64,000 nucleotides of DNA from Bacteroidota bacterium (GTDB taxonomy: Bacteria > Bacteroidota > Bacteroidia > Flavobacteriales > Flavobacteriaceae). A program made the position numbers and the translations under genes. Shown one piece after another: positions 41,804 through 52,107 of the stretch. The notes under the pieces are model-generated. The model saw only the letters and a list, made by a program, of their open reading frames with translations. It searched no databases and was not told where the DNA came from. The number at the start of each line of letters is the position of its first letter. Positions within the stretch are counted from its first letter, which is position 1. The DNA is taken from contig JAQCBK010000001.1 in assembly GCA_027621505.1 (NCBI GenBank), positions 15,114 through 79,113 on the forward strand, given 5' to 3'.

Positions 41804-43140
41804 AAAGTGGATCGGCATCCTTTGGTACCCACCCCATTCCCAAGCTATTAATCAAACAAGCTGTCCCTGCTTCCATCGGCATCTTGGTGATGTCTCTCAA
41901 CATATTGATTGACACAATTTTTGTGGGTCAGTGGATCGGAGCCAATGCAATCGCAGCGATTAATGTGGTTTTACCGGTCTCTTTTTTTATTGCTGCACTG
42001 GGTATGGCGATTGGTTTGGGAGGGAGTTCCATCATTTCAAGATCCCTCGGTAAAAACGATTTGGACAAAGCAACCAAAACTTTCGGAAATCAGATTGTAT
42101 TGACTTTGACCTTGACCATCTGTTTAGTGATTTTGGGTTTGCTGTTTGTGGAGCGTATGATCCCTGCTTTTGGAGGAAAAGGAGCACTTTTTGAACCTGC
42201 TAAAATTTATTATACCATTGTCTTATATGGGGTGCCTGTCTTGGGCTATTGCATGATGGGAAACAATGTCATCAGAGCTGTAGGAAAACCCAAAAACGCG
42301 ATGTATGCAATGATGCTGCCCTCTGTTTCCAATCTCATTTTAGACTACCTCCTCATCTATATTTTCGATTTTGGAATGTATGGCGCGGCTTGGGCCACCA
42401 CCCTATCCTATGGAGTTTGTGCCCTCTACATTTTGTTTTTTTTTAATTCAAGGCACTCGGAATTACGCCTTCACATCAGTGATTTTAAATTGGATGGGGC
42501 TATTACAAGAGAGATTGGTGCTTTGGGATCTGTGACCCTGGCCCGACAAGGAGTGGTCAGCCTATCGGTTTTGTTGGTCAACAACTTGCTGTTCAACCTG
42601 GGAGGTGAATCGGCAGTAGCAGTCTATGCCATCATCAGCCGATTGTTGATGTTTTCCCTTTTCCCAATATTGGGGATTACTCAAGGTTTTGTTCCCATCG
42701 CTGCATATAATTATGGTGCCAACAATAAAAAAAGAGTTGAACATGTTATTCGAACGGCTGTTTTGTATGCTTCGGCGATGGCCAGTTTGGTGTTTTTGAT
42801 GATCTACACCTTTTCCAACTCAATTGGAACGATCTTTACCTCCTCCCCTTTGGTTTTGGAAAATACCCCTGCTGCCATCCGATGGGTCTTTGCAGCCACT
42901 CCGATTGTAGGCATTCAACTCATTGGAGCAGCCTACTATCAAGCCATAGGCAAAGCCCTCCCTGCCCTATTGTTGACCCTGACCCGACAGGGGTTTTTCT
43001 TTATCCCCCTGCTCTATATTTTTCCCAATTTTATGGGGATTGACGGGGTTTGGTTGGCATTTCCCATCGCTGAGTTTTTGGCTACTGTGGTCACGGGTGG
43101 GTTTTTAATTTATGAACTGAGAAAGTATTTAAATTCATAA
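41800..43140 (+). CDS. MATE family efflux transporter
   Basis: About 446 aa with 12 predicted TM segments and MATE-like sequence. ATG at 41800 overlaps the hemH stop (ATGA). Confidence 0.88.
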   Translation: MKSGSASFGTHPIPKLLIKQAVPASIGILVMSLNILIDTIFVGQWIGANAIAAINVVLPVSFFIAALGMAIGLGGSSIISRSLGKNDLDKATKTFGNQIVLTLTLTICLVILGLLFVERMIPAFGGKGALFEPAKIYYTIVLYGVPVLGYCMMGNNVIRAVGKPKNAMYAMMLPSVSNLILDYLLIYIFDFGMYGAAWATTLSYGVCALYILFFFNSRHSELRLHISDFKLDGAITREIGALGSVTLARQGVVSLSVLLVNNLLFNLGGESAVAVYAIISRLLMFSLFPILGITQGFVPIAAYNYGANNKKRVEHVIRTAVLYASAMASLVFLMIYTFSNSIGTIFTSSPLVLENTPAAIRWVFAATPIVGIQLIGAAYYQAIGKALPALLLTLTRQGFFFIPLLYIFPNFMGIDGVWLAFPIAEFLATVVTGGFLIYELRKYLNS

Positions 43141-43237
43141 TCAAGCCATGGATTTTGAAGCTTGCATTTGTATAAGTTTTTGTACTTTGTAGCTTTATTG
43201 GTGGTGCTCCACCAATACTCAAACTGACCCATAGCGA

Positions 43238-43792
43238 ATGGAGTATTACAACTACATCAAATCTTTGCATTTAATTTTTGTAGTCACCTGGTTTGCCGGT
43301 TTGTTCTACGAACCTCGACTGTTCATTTACCACATTGAAGCTTCCAAAAAAACCTCGCCTGCAAAAGAAATTTTGGAGAAACAACTTAAAATCATGTCGA
43401 AAAGATTGTGGTATATCATTACTTGGCCTTCGGCCATACTGGCCACCATTTTTGCCGTTTGGCTACTGATCCTTATGCCACAGTGGCTCTATGAATCATG
43501 GATGCTGATCAAAATCGGATTCATCTTTTTTTTGTTTGCCTATCATCTGAAAACGCATCAAATGTTTTTGCAACTCCAAAGAGATGAAATTCGTTACTCT
43601 TCCAACTTTATGAGAATATGGAATGAAGGCGCTACCTTGTTTTTGTTTGCGATTGTTTTTCTGGCCATCGTCAAAAGCGCGATTCATTGGATCTTTATGC
43701 TGTTGGGAACCTTGGGGCTGATTTTATTTTTGTTGCTGGGCATAAGATTATACAAAAGACTGAGGAAAAAATCTAGGATCGATCATGGCTAA
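43238..43792 (+). CDS. hemJ: Protoporphyrinogen IX oxidase HemJ (UPF0093/CopD-like)
   Basis: KSLHLIFVVTWFAGLFYEPRLFIYH N-terminal signature. 184 aa with 4-5 TM segments. Confidence 0.8.
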   Translation: MEYYNYIKSLHLIFVVTWFAGLFYEPRLFIYHIEASKKTSPAKEILEKQLKIMSKRLWYIITWPSAILATIFAVWLLILMPQWLYESWMLIKIGFIFFLFAYHLKTHQMFLQLQRDEIRYSSNFMRIWNEGATLFLFAIVFLAIVKSAIHWIFMLLGTLGLILFLLLGIRLYKRLRKKSRIDHG

Positions 43793-45236
43793 TCTACTCC
43801 GACGTATTTCGCTCCGAACTCAAATCTTTATCTCCATGATATTGCTGGTTTTTTTGGCCTGTCTTTTGATTCTGGTCGCTACCTTTTTTCAATATCAAAA
43901 TGAATCCATCGATTACAATGTTTTCCGATTGAACCGAAAGGAAAATCAGTTGAGAAAACAAATTGACTATCTGGTTACAAAAAATAATTTGATCCAAAAA
44001 AATGATAGTATTTGGGATCGCTTCAATGAGGAGTTTAACGCTGTCATTAAAATCCATAACGTTAACTATTCCATCTTTGACCTGGAGGGAAAACCTCTTT
44101 TTACTTCCTTCCTCCCACTAAAGATTATAGCCAATAATTACGAACTGGAAAGCAAACTTTTGAAAAGTATTCTTTCAAAACCGAATGGTCGTATTTCAGA
44201 GGAAAACAATGACGAAATAGGAAAATTTCAATCCTCCTATAGTGTTCTTAGAGATGGATTCGACCAGCCCTATGGCGTGTTGTTCTTCCCTTATTTTGAG
44301 GATGTTTCCTTTTCGGAGAACGAATTGAATACTTTTTTACAAAGCTTGTATCAGATTTATTTGTTGATGCTGGTGGTCGCCATTATTATGGCTTATTTCA
44401 TTTCAAAGTACATTTCAAGGTCATTGGAAGCTTTCCGCGAAAGAATTGATCAAACGGGTCTGCTAAAAGAAAATGAAAAAATTGAATTAATTAATGCCCC
44501 TCGAGATATTGCGAGTTTGATCAACTCCTACAACAAAATGATCGATGAATTGGAGAAAAGTGCTACCCTGCTCGCCAGAAGCCAACGAGAACAAGCTTGG
44601 CAAGAAATGGCAAAACAAGTGGCTCACGAAATCAAAAATCCACTTACCCCCATGCGTTTGACGGTTCAGAGTTTTCAAAGAAGATTTTCCGAGGGTGATG
44701 GTGAAAACACCAAAAAAATTGCTGAGTTCTCCCAAATGTTATTGGAACAAATTGACACCATGAGTGATGTGGCCAATGCCTTTTCCGATTTTGCTACGCT
44801 CCCCAAACCTAAACTGGCAAAATCGGATCTGGTCGAAATCACAAGGAGATCATTGGAGATTTTTGAAGGGAAGGGTATCGTTTTCAAAACCTCTGACGAA
44901 AAGATCAGTTTGCCCCTCGACAGAACCCAGTGGGTGAGGGTGGTGACCAATATTATACAAAATGCATTACAAGCAGTAAAACCAGGGAACAATCCCAAAA
45001 TAATGGTAACCATTGAAAAAGAGGACCCAATGGTAAAAATATCTTTCGCCGACAATGGTATAGGCATTCCCAAATCCATTCAATCCAAAGTATTTGAACC
45101 CAAGTTTACGACCAAAACCAAAGGAATGGGGTTGGGACTGGGGATTGTAAAAAACATTATCGATTCACACAAGGGCAAAATAGAATATACTACAGGAGAT
45201 AAAGGAACCACCTTTGTCGTTACACTCAAATTATAA
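43785..45236 (+). CDS. Membrane sensor histidine kinase (NtrY-like HisKA), no cognate response regulator in window
   Basis: H-box AHEIKNPLTPM, N/G boxes DNGIGI and GMGLGLGIV, two TM segments. Overlaps the hemJ 3' end by 8 nt. Confidence 0.85.
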   Translation: MANLLRRISLRTQIFISMILLVFLACLLILVATFFQYQNESIDYNVFRLNRKENQLRKQIDYLVTKNNLIQKNDSIWDRFNEEFNAVIKIHNVNYSIFDLEGKPLFTSFLPLKIIANNYELESKLLKSILSKPNGRISEENNDEIGKFQSSYSVLRDGFDQPYGVLFFPYFEDVSFSENELNTFLQSLYQIYLLMLVVAIIMAYFISKYISRSLEAFRERIDQTGLLKENEKIELINAPRDIASLINSYNKMIDELEKSATLLARSQREQAWQEMAKQVAHEIKNPLTPMRLTVQSFQRRFSEGDGENTKKIAEFSQMLLEQIDTMSDVANAFSDFATLPKPKLAKSDLVEITRRSLEIFEGKGIVFKTSDEKISLPLDRTQWVRVVTNIIQNALQAVKPGNNPKIMVTIEKEDPMVKISFADNGIGIPKSIQSKVFEPKFTTKTKGMGLGLGIVKNIIDSHKGKIEYTTGDKGTTFVVTLKL

Positions 45237-45240
45237 ATCA

Positions 45241-46011
45241 ATGGAACCCAAACTCACATGGATCGAAATTCAGGACCATATCGGTTGGATCAAAATCAAT
45301 CGTGAAAAAAAGCTAAATGCCCTCAACCGAGATTTAATTAACCAACTGCACCAAGGACTACTTGATTTTCAAAACGACCCAAACGTCAGAGTGATCATCC
45401 TTACGGGTAATGGTGATAAAGCATTTGTTGCTGGAGCAGACATTGCAGAATTCTCCAGTTATACTCCTGAACAAGCCTCCCTATTGACCCGAGAAGGCAA
45501 TCAAGTTTTGTTTGATTTTGTGGCCAATATGGAAAAACCTGTGATTGCAGCCATCAATGGTTACGCGCTCGGAGGAGGGCTGGAATTGGCAATGGCCTGC
45601 CACCTCAGAATTGCCGCTGAGCACGCCAAAATGGGATTGCCGGAGGTTTCCTTGGGCATCATCCCTGGATATGGAGGAACCCAACGCCTCCCTGCCTTGG
45701 TAGGAAGAGGAAGAGCAATGGAGATGATTTTGTCTGGAGACATGATTGGAGCTGAAAAAGCCTATCAATGGGGATTGGTCAATCGGGTGGTGCCTGGGGA
45801 CCAACTTCTCGAAGCGGCCATCTCAATGGCAGAGCGGATGATGAAAAATGCACCTCAGTCGCTAAAAAACGCCATCAAGGCCATCAATGCCGCTGATGGA
45901 ACCCCAAAGGGTTTTGAAAATGAAGGGATCTTATTTTCATCTTGTTTTGGAACGGAGGAGTTCAATGAAGGAATTACTGCTTTCTTAGAAAAAAGAAAAC
46001 CTAAGTTTTAG
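45241..46011 (+). CDS. Enoyl-CoA hydratase/isomerase family protein
   Basis: FVAGADI and GYALGGGLELAMAC motifs. ATG at 45241 is preferred. Confidence 0.88.
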   Translation: MEPKLTWIEIQDHIGWIKINREKKLNALNRDLINQLHQGLLDFQNDPNVRVIILTGNGDKAFVAGADIAEFSSYTPEQASLLTREGNQVLFDFVANMEKPVIAAINGYALGGGLELAMACHLRIAAEHAKMGLPEVSLGIIPGYGGTQRLPALVGRGRAMEMILSGDMIGAEKAYQWGLVNRVVPGDQLLEAAISMAERMMKNAPQSLKNAIKAINAADGTPKGFENEGILFSSCFGTEEFNEGITAFLEKRKPKF

Positions 46012-46747
46012 CCGTCTGAACCCCTTGGAGGATCAATCCCTCCACCTTTTTGCTCAATTCTTTTGGGGCGTAGTCCGAACACTTCAATACCCCTTCAACG
46101 CTCAGGTTCACGCTAATGCCCATTGGGATTGGAAAATAGCGGTATTGTGCCAACCGCCAAGAATTATTGATACTCAAAGCAACCACTGTTGCATCGGGAA
46201 TCTGGTCGAATAAGGTCATCAGACCATTGGAATAGAATTTTTTAGGTTGCCCATCTCTACTTCGTGTCCCTTCGGGAAAAATAACGGCGGCCCATTGTTT
46301 TTTTTGGACTTGTTGAGCAAAGCTTTTGATCTTGATTAGGGCAGATTGGGGATTTTTACGATTGATAAGCACCGAACCCCCATGACGGAGATTATATGAG
46401 ACACTTGGAATTCCAGTGCCTAAACTTTCTTTACTGATGAATTTGGGATGGTATTTTCTAAAAAACCAAATGATAGGAGGGATGTCATAGGTGCTTTGAT
46501 GATTGGAAACAATAATCATGGGGCCCTCTGAGGGCATTTTGTGTGGATTGCTGAAATAAAACCTCGTCCCCAACAGGTTGAGGCAACGCATTAATAAAAA
46601 ATTGAGCCAATCCACAGCAATTTTATGAGCAGTATAACCCAAAAGCTTATAACAGAATACTTGAATGAAATGAAAAAGAATGAGCGTACAAACAAATATA
46701 ATATAGTAAATAATTGAAAAAGGATACAGATATGCCTTAGACAACAT
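46001..46747 (-). CDS. 1-acyl-sn-glycerol-3-phosphate acyltransferase family protein
   Basis: HX4D motif (NHQSTYD) and FPEGTRS. Confidence 0.8.
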   Translation of the reverse strand: MLSKAYLYPFSIIYYIIFVCTLILFHFIQVFCYKLLGYTAHKIAVDWLNFLLMRCLNLLGTRFYFSNPHKMPSEGPMIIVSNHQSTYDIPPIIWFFRKYHPKFISKESLGTGIPSVSYNLRHGGSVLINRKNPQSALIKIKSFAQQVQKKQWAAVIFPEGTRSRDGQPKKFYSNGLMTLFDQIPDATVVALSINNSWRLAQYRYFPIPMGISVNLSVEGVLKCSDYAPKELSKKVEGLILQGVQTAKT

Positions 46748-46776
46748 TTACAAAATTATTTCTCCCTAAAAAGTGA

Positions 46777-47190
46777 TCAGTCACAGAATTCATCAAAGGC
46801 ACCGGCAAGGTTTTCGGCAATCAAATCAGCCGTACGTCCTTCGATATGATGTCTTTCAATCATATGCACCAACTCCCCATCTTTAAAGAGCGCCAGGCTG
46901 GGCGATGAAGGGGGGAAAGGAAGCATTTTGGCCCTTGCCGCATCGGTAGCATCGCGATCTACCCCTGCAAAAACAGTAAACAAATGATCTGGAGTCTTGG
47001 GGTTATTCATAGACATTCGTACAGCGGGTCGGGCGTTGGCTGCGGCACATCCACATACTGAGTTTACAACAATTAGGGCTGTTCCAGGTTTTGACAAGGC
47101 AGTTTCAACAGCATCTGATGACAACAACTCCTCAAATCCAATGGTGGTCAACTCTTCTTTCATGGGTCGAACTATTTCTGCTGGATACAT
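46777..47190 (-). CDS. BrxA/BrxB-family bacilliredoxin (DUF1094)
   Basis: 137 aa with VNSVCGCAAANARP (redox CGC motif). Confidence 0.8.
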   Translation of the reverse strand: MYPAEIVRPMKEELTTIGFEELLSSDAVETALSKPGTALIVVNSVCGCAAANARPAVRMSMNNPKTPDHLFTVFAGVDRDATDAARAKMLPFPPSSPSLALFKDGELVHMIERHHIEGRTADLIAENLAGAFDEFCD

Positions 47191-47206
47191 AATTCTGTTT
47201 TTTTGC

Positions 47207-47214
47207 CAAAGATA
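47207..47214 (-). promoter_or_regulatory. Candidate -7 promoter element (TATCTTTG) for the bacilliredoxin gene
   Basis: Minus-strand TATCTTTG lies 16 nt upstream of the ATG at 47190. Confidence 0.3.
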
Positions 47215-47265
47215 AAAAACTCCTTATTTAATCAAGGGGGACAATTGATCTTTTATTGACATTTG

Positions 47266-47273
47266 TATCTTTG
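47266..47273 (+). promoter_or_regulatory. Candidate -7 promoter element (TATCTTTG) for the TerB-DnaJ gene
   Basis: TATCTTTG lies 21 nt upstream of the ATG at 47295. Confidence 0.3.
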
Positions 47274-47294
47274 CAGATACAATAAAAAAGGTCT

Positions 47295-48008
47295 ATGGTT
47301 AAGTGGGTAGCTGCTATTATTGGTTATTCTTTTTTGAGATTCCCTGGGGCCATTTTAGGCTTTATGATCGGGGGATTTTTTGAGTTTTTAACTAAAAATT
47401 CCATTCAAATACGAACGGGTTCCTACAGCATCCAACCCGAGACATTCCAGTTGAATTTATTGGCACTTTCTGCTTTGATTATTAAGGCCGACGGTAAAAT
47501 TCAACAAAAAGAATTGGACTTTGTTAGAAGCTTTTTTATTGGCCAATACGGAAAAGAAAGAGCGGATTCTATTTTTAGGGCTTTTAATACCCAAATCAAA
47601 AAAGAGACCCAGCACCTTGATCAATTGACCCGTGTTTTTGTGCAGCAAACTTCCTATGAAACCCGCCTGCAAATTCTTCATTTTTTGTTTGGTATTGCCA
47701 ACGCTGACGGTAGCGTTTCAGACTCTGAACTAAAAAAACTGTCACAAATAGCCACCGGAATGCGATTGCGGTTACCCGATTTTGAAAGTATCAAAGCGAT
47801 GTTTGTCAAAAATACCGACAACGCCTACAAAATCCTCGAGGTTGATGCGAATGCCAGTGAGGAACAAATCAAAACCGCCTATCGTAAAATGGTTAAAAAA
47901 TACCATCCTGACAAACTTAGAGGTCAAGATCCCGCCATGATTAAAGGCGCTGAAGAAAAATTTAGAGAGGTGCAGATAGCTTACGAAACATTAATGCGTA
48001 AATCATAA
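47295..48008 (+). CDS. DjlA-like protein: N-terminal TM segment, TerB-like domain, C-terminal J domain
   Basis: [30 protein letters not shown] (HPD motif), preceded by a TerB-like helical repeat. Confidence 0.8.
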   Translation: MVKWVAAIIGYSFLRFPGAILGFMIGGFFEFLTKNSIQIRTGSYSIQPETFQLNLLALSALIIKADGKIQQKELDFVRSFFIGQYGKERADSIFRAFNTQIKKETQHLDQLTRVFVQQTSYETRLQILHFLFGIANADGSVSDSELKKLSQIATGMRLRLPDFESIKAMFVKNTDNAYKILEVDANASEEQIKTAYRKMVKKYHPDKLRGQDPAMIKGAEEKFREVQIAYETLMRKS

Positions 48009-48012
48009 CGAT

Positions 48013-48591
48013 ATGATGGAAACATTTTTGTTTTATTTCGATTTGGGTTTTGATCACGTTTTGGACATCGGGGGGCTGGATCATTTTTATTTCCTAGTCG
48101 CCCTTTCTCTTCCTTTTTCATTCAGAAACTGGCGTAAACTTTTGCTGTGGGTGAGTCTTTTCACTCTGGGGCATTCGCTTTCCCTGTTGGTGACCCATTA
48201 TGAATGGGTGAAAATCGATTCAAAATGGGTAGAGTTTTTGATTCCAGTCACCATTTGTATTGCATGTTTTTCCATCCTTTTCCAAAAAAAACATGTCCAA
48301 CTAAAGGGAGGTATGATCAACCTGATCACCTTATTTTTTGGACTGATACACGGCTTTGGTTTTGGCCGTTACTTCAAAATGATGGTTGCCAATGAAGAGG
48401 CTATTGTAGCCCTTTTGGAATTTGCTTTAGGGGTTGAATTTGCTCAAGTTTTAATCGTAATTTTCATGCTATTGATCAACGGCTTAGCAGTGGAGCGTTT
48501 AAAAATTAAGGCTCAAAAATGGCAGTGGATCATTGCAGCAATGGTACTTTCTCAAGCCTTATTGATGACTTCCAATAACTGGCCATTTTAA
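48013..48591 (+). CDS. HupE/UreJ family membrane protein
   Basis: 192 aa with GFDHVLDIGGLDHFYFLVAL and GLIHGFGFG motifs and about 6 TM segments. Confidence 0.65.
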   Translation: MMETFLFYFDLGFDHVLDIGGLDHFYFLVALSLPFSFRNWRKLLLWVSLFTLGHSLSLLVTHYEWVKIDSKWVEFLIPVTICIACFSILFQKKHVQLKGGMINLITLFFGLIHGFGFGRYFKMMVANEEAIVALLEFALGVEFAQVLIVIFMLLINGLAVERLKIKAQKWQWIIAAMVLSQALLMTSNNWPF

Positions 48592-48603
48592 CCTATATTA
48601 GCC

Positions 48604-49035
48604 ATGATGTCTGATAAGAAGCAAAAAAAATATGATACTGCTTATTTGAAAATGGCTCAAATATGGGGTGAACTTTCCTACTGCAAACGCAAAAAGGTAG
48701 GGGCCTTGATTGTAAAAGATCGGATGATTATTTCCGATGGGTACAACGGTACACCAACTGGATTTGAAAATGTTTGTGAGGATGAGGAGCTTTATACCAA
48801 GTGGTATGTGCTTCATGCAGAAGCCAATGCCATTTTGAAGGTTGCTGCTTCGACCCAGTCTTGTGAGGGCGCCACATTATACATTACCTTATCTCCTTGC
48901 AGGGAGTGCAGTAAATTGATTCATCAAGCGGGAATCAAAAGGGTCGTTTTCTCAAAAACCTACAAAGACGATTCCGGACTGAAGTTTTTGGAAAAAGCTG
49001 GCGTGATCCTCACTAATTTGGAATTGGAAAAATAA
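48604..49035 (+). CDS. Deoxycytidylate (dCMP) deaminase
   Basis: Zinc motifs HAEANA and PCRECSK. 143 aa. Confidence 0.88.
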   Translation: MMSDKKQKKYDTAYLKMAQIWGELSYCKRKKVGALIVKDRMIISDGYNGTPTGFENVCEDEELYTKWYVLHAEANAILKVAASTQSCEGATLYITLSPCRECSKLIHQAGIKRVVFSKTYKDDSGLKFLEKAGVILTNLELEK

Positions 49036-49054
49036 TGCGCAAAAGACACCCTCT

Positions 49055-50632
49055 ATGAAAAAAAATTTAGTCTTACTCAGTATCGTTTTTCTTTCCATTT
49101 GCATCGGATACTTACTCGGCAGTGAAAAACAAATGTTCAAAATCAATGCCAATGACTCCAGCGGGATCCATCGATTACAGCGACTGCTGAGCTATATTGA
49201 AAATGATTATGTAGAAAGCATAGACACCGATAGTTTGGTAGGGGAAGTGATAGAAAACATTGTCAATCGTTTGGATCCTCATTCAGTTTATATCCCCGCC
49301 CGTCAAAGAAAAAGTATTGCCGAAAACATGCAAGGTAATTTTTTTGGTATTGGGGTTAGTTTTTTCATGCATAACGACAGCGTTACCATTATCCGAGTCC
49401 TTGACAATGGGCCTAGTAAAGCCGCAGGACTTATGGCTGGAGACCGGATTTTGATTGCCAATGGAGACACCTTATTTAATAAAAATCTGTCCAGTGAGGA
49501 GATCATGCAAGCCCTTAAAGGAAATGCGGGGACTCCAGTTAATTTGACCATTTTTAGAAAGTCCAATGGGAAAACCTTTTCATTGGATATGAATAGAGGC
49601 AAGGTGCCTCTACCCAGTCTGGAGTCTTCCTATATGGTCGACAAAACAGTTGGCTATATAAAGATCAATCGTTTTTCCCAAACCACCTATGAGGAGTTTG
49701 ATCACGCCATGAACAAACTGCTGGCTTTAGGGATGGAAGGATTAATTTTGGATTTGAGAGATAATCCAGGGGGATACCTTCACACTGCCAAACAAATTTC
49801 CAATGATTTTTTAAAGAAAAACCAAACCATTGTCATCACTCAAAGTAATTTGGGAGAGGAGGAAAAATCTTTGGCCAAAGGAGATGGTAATTTTCAAGAA
49901 GGAGGCTTGGTTGTTCTGGTGAACGAACAATCGGCCTCTGCTAGTGAGATTGTCGCGGGAGCCATTCAGGATAACGATCGGGGTTGGGTCGTTGGAAGAA
50001 GAACCTTTGGTAAGGGTTTGGTACAACAGCAAATGCCATTGGGAAAGGGGGATGCCGTCCGTTTGACCATCGCCAAATACTTTACTCCAACGGGAAGATC
50101 AATTCAAAGGCCCTATGAGGGTGACAGAGCGGCTTATTATGAAGACATCAGCCATCGATACCATAAAGGGGAAATGGGGGATTCAAAAAAAGTGGAAGTT
50201 GTGGACAGTTTGGCTTTCAAAACCCCCAATGGCAGAACGGTTTACGGTGGAGGGGGGATTGCCCCAGATTTCGATATTTCCTACCCCAATGATGAGCTTG
50301 AGCAATGGAATTCTTACTTCTTAAACTCTAACCTGATGAATAATTTTGTTTTTGAAGAAATGGACAAAAACAGAACCCGATTCAATTCTTTAAAAGAGGA
50401 GGACTTGCTTTTGGATAAGTTTGAAAGTATGCTTCCTTGGCAGGAACGTTTTGAAGCTTATTGCGAAGAAAAAGAAATTGAATTGGAAATTAAGGAGCAG
50501 GATGTACTGAAAGCCGTCAAGGCTTATCTGGGCTTACAATTGTTTGGTGAAAACACCTTCAATCAAATCAAAAATGAGGAAGATTTGTTCATGGAAAAAG
50601 CCCTCCAAACACTGGACAGATTGGCCTTATAA
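49055..50632 (+). CDS. ctp: Carboxy-terminal processing protease (S41 family, with PDZ domain)
   Basis: PDZ region (GPSKAAGLMAGDRIL), Ser nucleophile NEQSASASEI and catalytic Lys FGKGLVQQ. Confidence 0.88.
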   Translation: MKKNLVLLSIVFLSICIGYLLGSEKQMFKINANDSSGIHRLQRLLSYIENDYVESIDTDSLVGEVIENIVNRLDPHSVYIPARQRKSIAENMQGNFFGIGVSFFMHNDSVTIIRVLDNGPSKAAGLMAGDRILIANGDTLFNKNLSSEEIMQALKGNAGTPVNLTIFRKSNGKTFSLDMNRGKVPLPSLESSYMVDKTVGYIKINRFSQTTYEEFDHAMNKLLALGMEGLILDLRDNPGGYLHTAKQISNDFLKKNQTIVITQSNLGEEEKSLAKGDGNFQEGGLVVLVNEQSASASEIVAGAIQDNDRGWVVGRRTFGKGLVQQQMPLGKGDAVRLTIAKYFTPTGRSIQRPYEGDRAAYYEDISHRYHKGEMGDSKKVEVVDSLAFKTPNGRTVYGGGGIAPDFDISYPNDELEQWNSYFLNSNLMNNFVFEEMDKNRTRFNSLKEEDLLLDKFESMLPWQERFEAYCEEKEIELEIKEQDVLKAVKAYLGLQLFGENTFNQIKNEEDLFMEKALQTLDRLAL

Positions 50633-50633
50633 A

Positions 50634-50831
50634 TTAACTTTTTATTTTTTTTGAAATCTTCTTGGATAGCATCAAAAGGAGCAAAAGAAGAAAGGCACAT
50701 AGCGCTGCCATCACCCCTATAACTGCTACATCACTTCTCTCCGCTAGAGGATCTTGCCAATCGATTTGGACTGCATTAAAAACGACCATCCCCAAAGACA
50801 AGGCCATTAAAATTCTCATCAATATTTTCAT
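50634..50831 (-). CDS. Small hypothetical membrane protein (two TM helices)
   Basis: 65-aa ORF with two hydrophobic helices and a K-rich tail. No recognisable family. Confidence 0.35.
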   Translation of the reverse strand: MKILMRILMALSLGMVVFNAVQIDWQDPLAERSDVAVIGVMAALCAFLLLLLLMLSKKISKKIKS

Positions 50832-50869
50832 GATTCAAAATTAGGAAACCTATTTCAATCAGAAGATTT

Positions 50870-51442
50870 TCATACCACTATTTTACCAATATTGGTGGCA
50901 AAAAGTTTTACGGCAATGGCCAGTAGAATAATTCCAAAAACTTTTCTGATGATACTGATCCCCTGTTTTCCCAAAATCTTCTCCAGTTTTGTAGAGGTTT
51001 TTAGAATGAGGTAGACAATCAATACATTGATGAAGATGGCGACGATGATATTGATTAAATCGTATTCTGCCCTTAGGGACAATAAAGAGGTCATGGTTCC
51101 CGCTCCTGCAATGATGGGGAAAGCAAGAGGAACGACAGAAGCCACCTCGGGAGCCTCTTCTTTGAACAAACTGATTCCCAATATCATTTCCAATGCTAAA
51201 AATAAAATAATAAAGGATCCTGCTACCGCAAAAGAATTGACATCAATGCCAATCAGGTTTAGAATTTTTTCTCCTACAAAAAGGAAGGCAATCATAATGA
51301 TAGCAGCAACCAATGCAGCTTTTTCAGACTGAATATGGCCTGCTTTTTGTCTTAAACTGATGATGATGGGAATACTCCCCACGATGTCGATTACTGCAAA
51401 AAGCACCATACTGGCCGTAAGTATTTCTTTCGTGTCTATCAT
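50870..51442 (-). CDS. MarC family (UPF0056) membrane protein
   Basis: 190 aa, 6 TM segments, MarC-like N-terminus (LFAVIDIVGSIPI). Confidence 0.8.
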   Translation of the reverse strand: MIDTKEILTASMVLFAVIDIVGSIPIIISLRQKAGHIQSEKAALVAAIIMIAFLFVGEKILNLIGIDVNSFAVAGSFIILFLALEMILGISLFKEEAPEVASVVPLAFPIIAGAGTMTSLLSLRAEYDLINIIVAIFINVLIVYLILKTSTKLEKILGKQGISIIRKVFGIILLAIAVKLFATNIGKIVV

Positions 51443-51537
51443 TATTGATCGCTAAAAGGAATCCTCAAACTAGGGGGCTTTTCTTTCCTTATTATACTAA
51501 ATTAGCAAAATATTTTTTGGTCTGAAATTCAACGGAT

Positions 51538-52107
51538 ATGTTTCAAATTGAAAATACCTTGGTATCTGAGGAAATCATCACAAAAGATTTTGTGTGCAAC
51601 TTGAACGCCTGTAAGGGAGCTTGCTGTGTGGAAGGGGAAGCCGGAGCGCCGCTCGAAAAAGAAGAAACCGATTGGTTGGAAAAAAACTACGATTTAATTT
51701 CGCCCTTTATGGATGAAAAGGGGAAAGCCGCGGTGAAAGAACAAGGAAAATTCATTGCTGTAGGAAAAGGAGAATTTGAAACCCCTCTAGTAAATGGCAA
51801 AGAATGTGCTTATGTTGTATTTGGGTCTAATAACATTACACAATGCAGCATTGAAAACGCCTATCGGGCTCATAAAATTGATTTCAAAAAGCCCATATCT
51901 TGTCATTTATATCCCGTGCGTGTAAGACAGTACTCGGAGTTTAAAGCTGTCAATTATCACTCGTGGAATATTTGCAGTGCTGCTTGTGAGTTGGGGGAGA
52001 GTTTAAAAATCCCCATTTACCAATTTGTTAAAGAGGCACTGGTCAGAAAATTTGGAAAAAAATGGTATGCCGAGTTGGAAATAGCCGCCCAAGAAATTAA
52101 TTCTTAA
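51538..52107 (+). CDS. DUF3109 family Cys-rich protein
   Basis: [22 protein letters not shown] motif and further conserved Cys residues. 189 aa. Confidence 0.6.
   Translation: MFQIENTLVSEEIITKDFVCNLNACKGACCVEGEAGAPLEKEETDWLEKNYDLISPFMDEKGKAAVKEQGKFIAVGKGEFETPLVNGKECAYVVFGSNNITQCSIENAYRAHKIDFKKPISCHLYPVRVRQYSEFKAVNYHSWNICSAACELGESLKIPIYQFVKEALVRKFGKKWYAELEIAAQEINS

Noticed and set aside
43196-43216. Perfect 8-bp stem ATTGGTGG-TGCT-CCACCAAT between the MATE gene and hemJ, considered as a terminator
   Set aside because: There is no T-run on either strand after the stem. It may still be a weak structural element, but I cannot support a terminator call.
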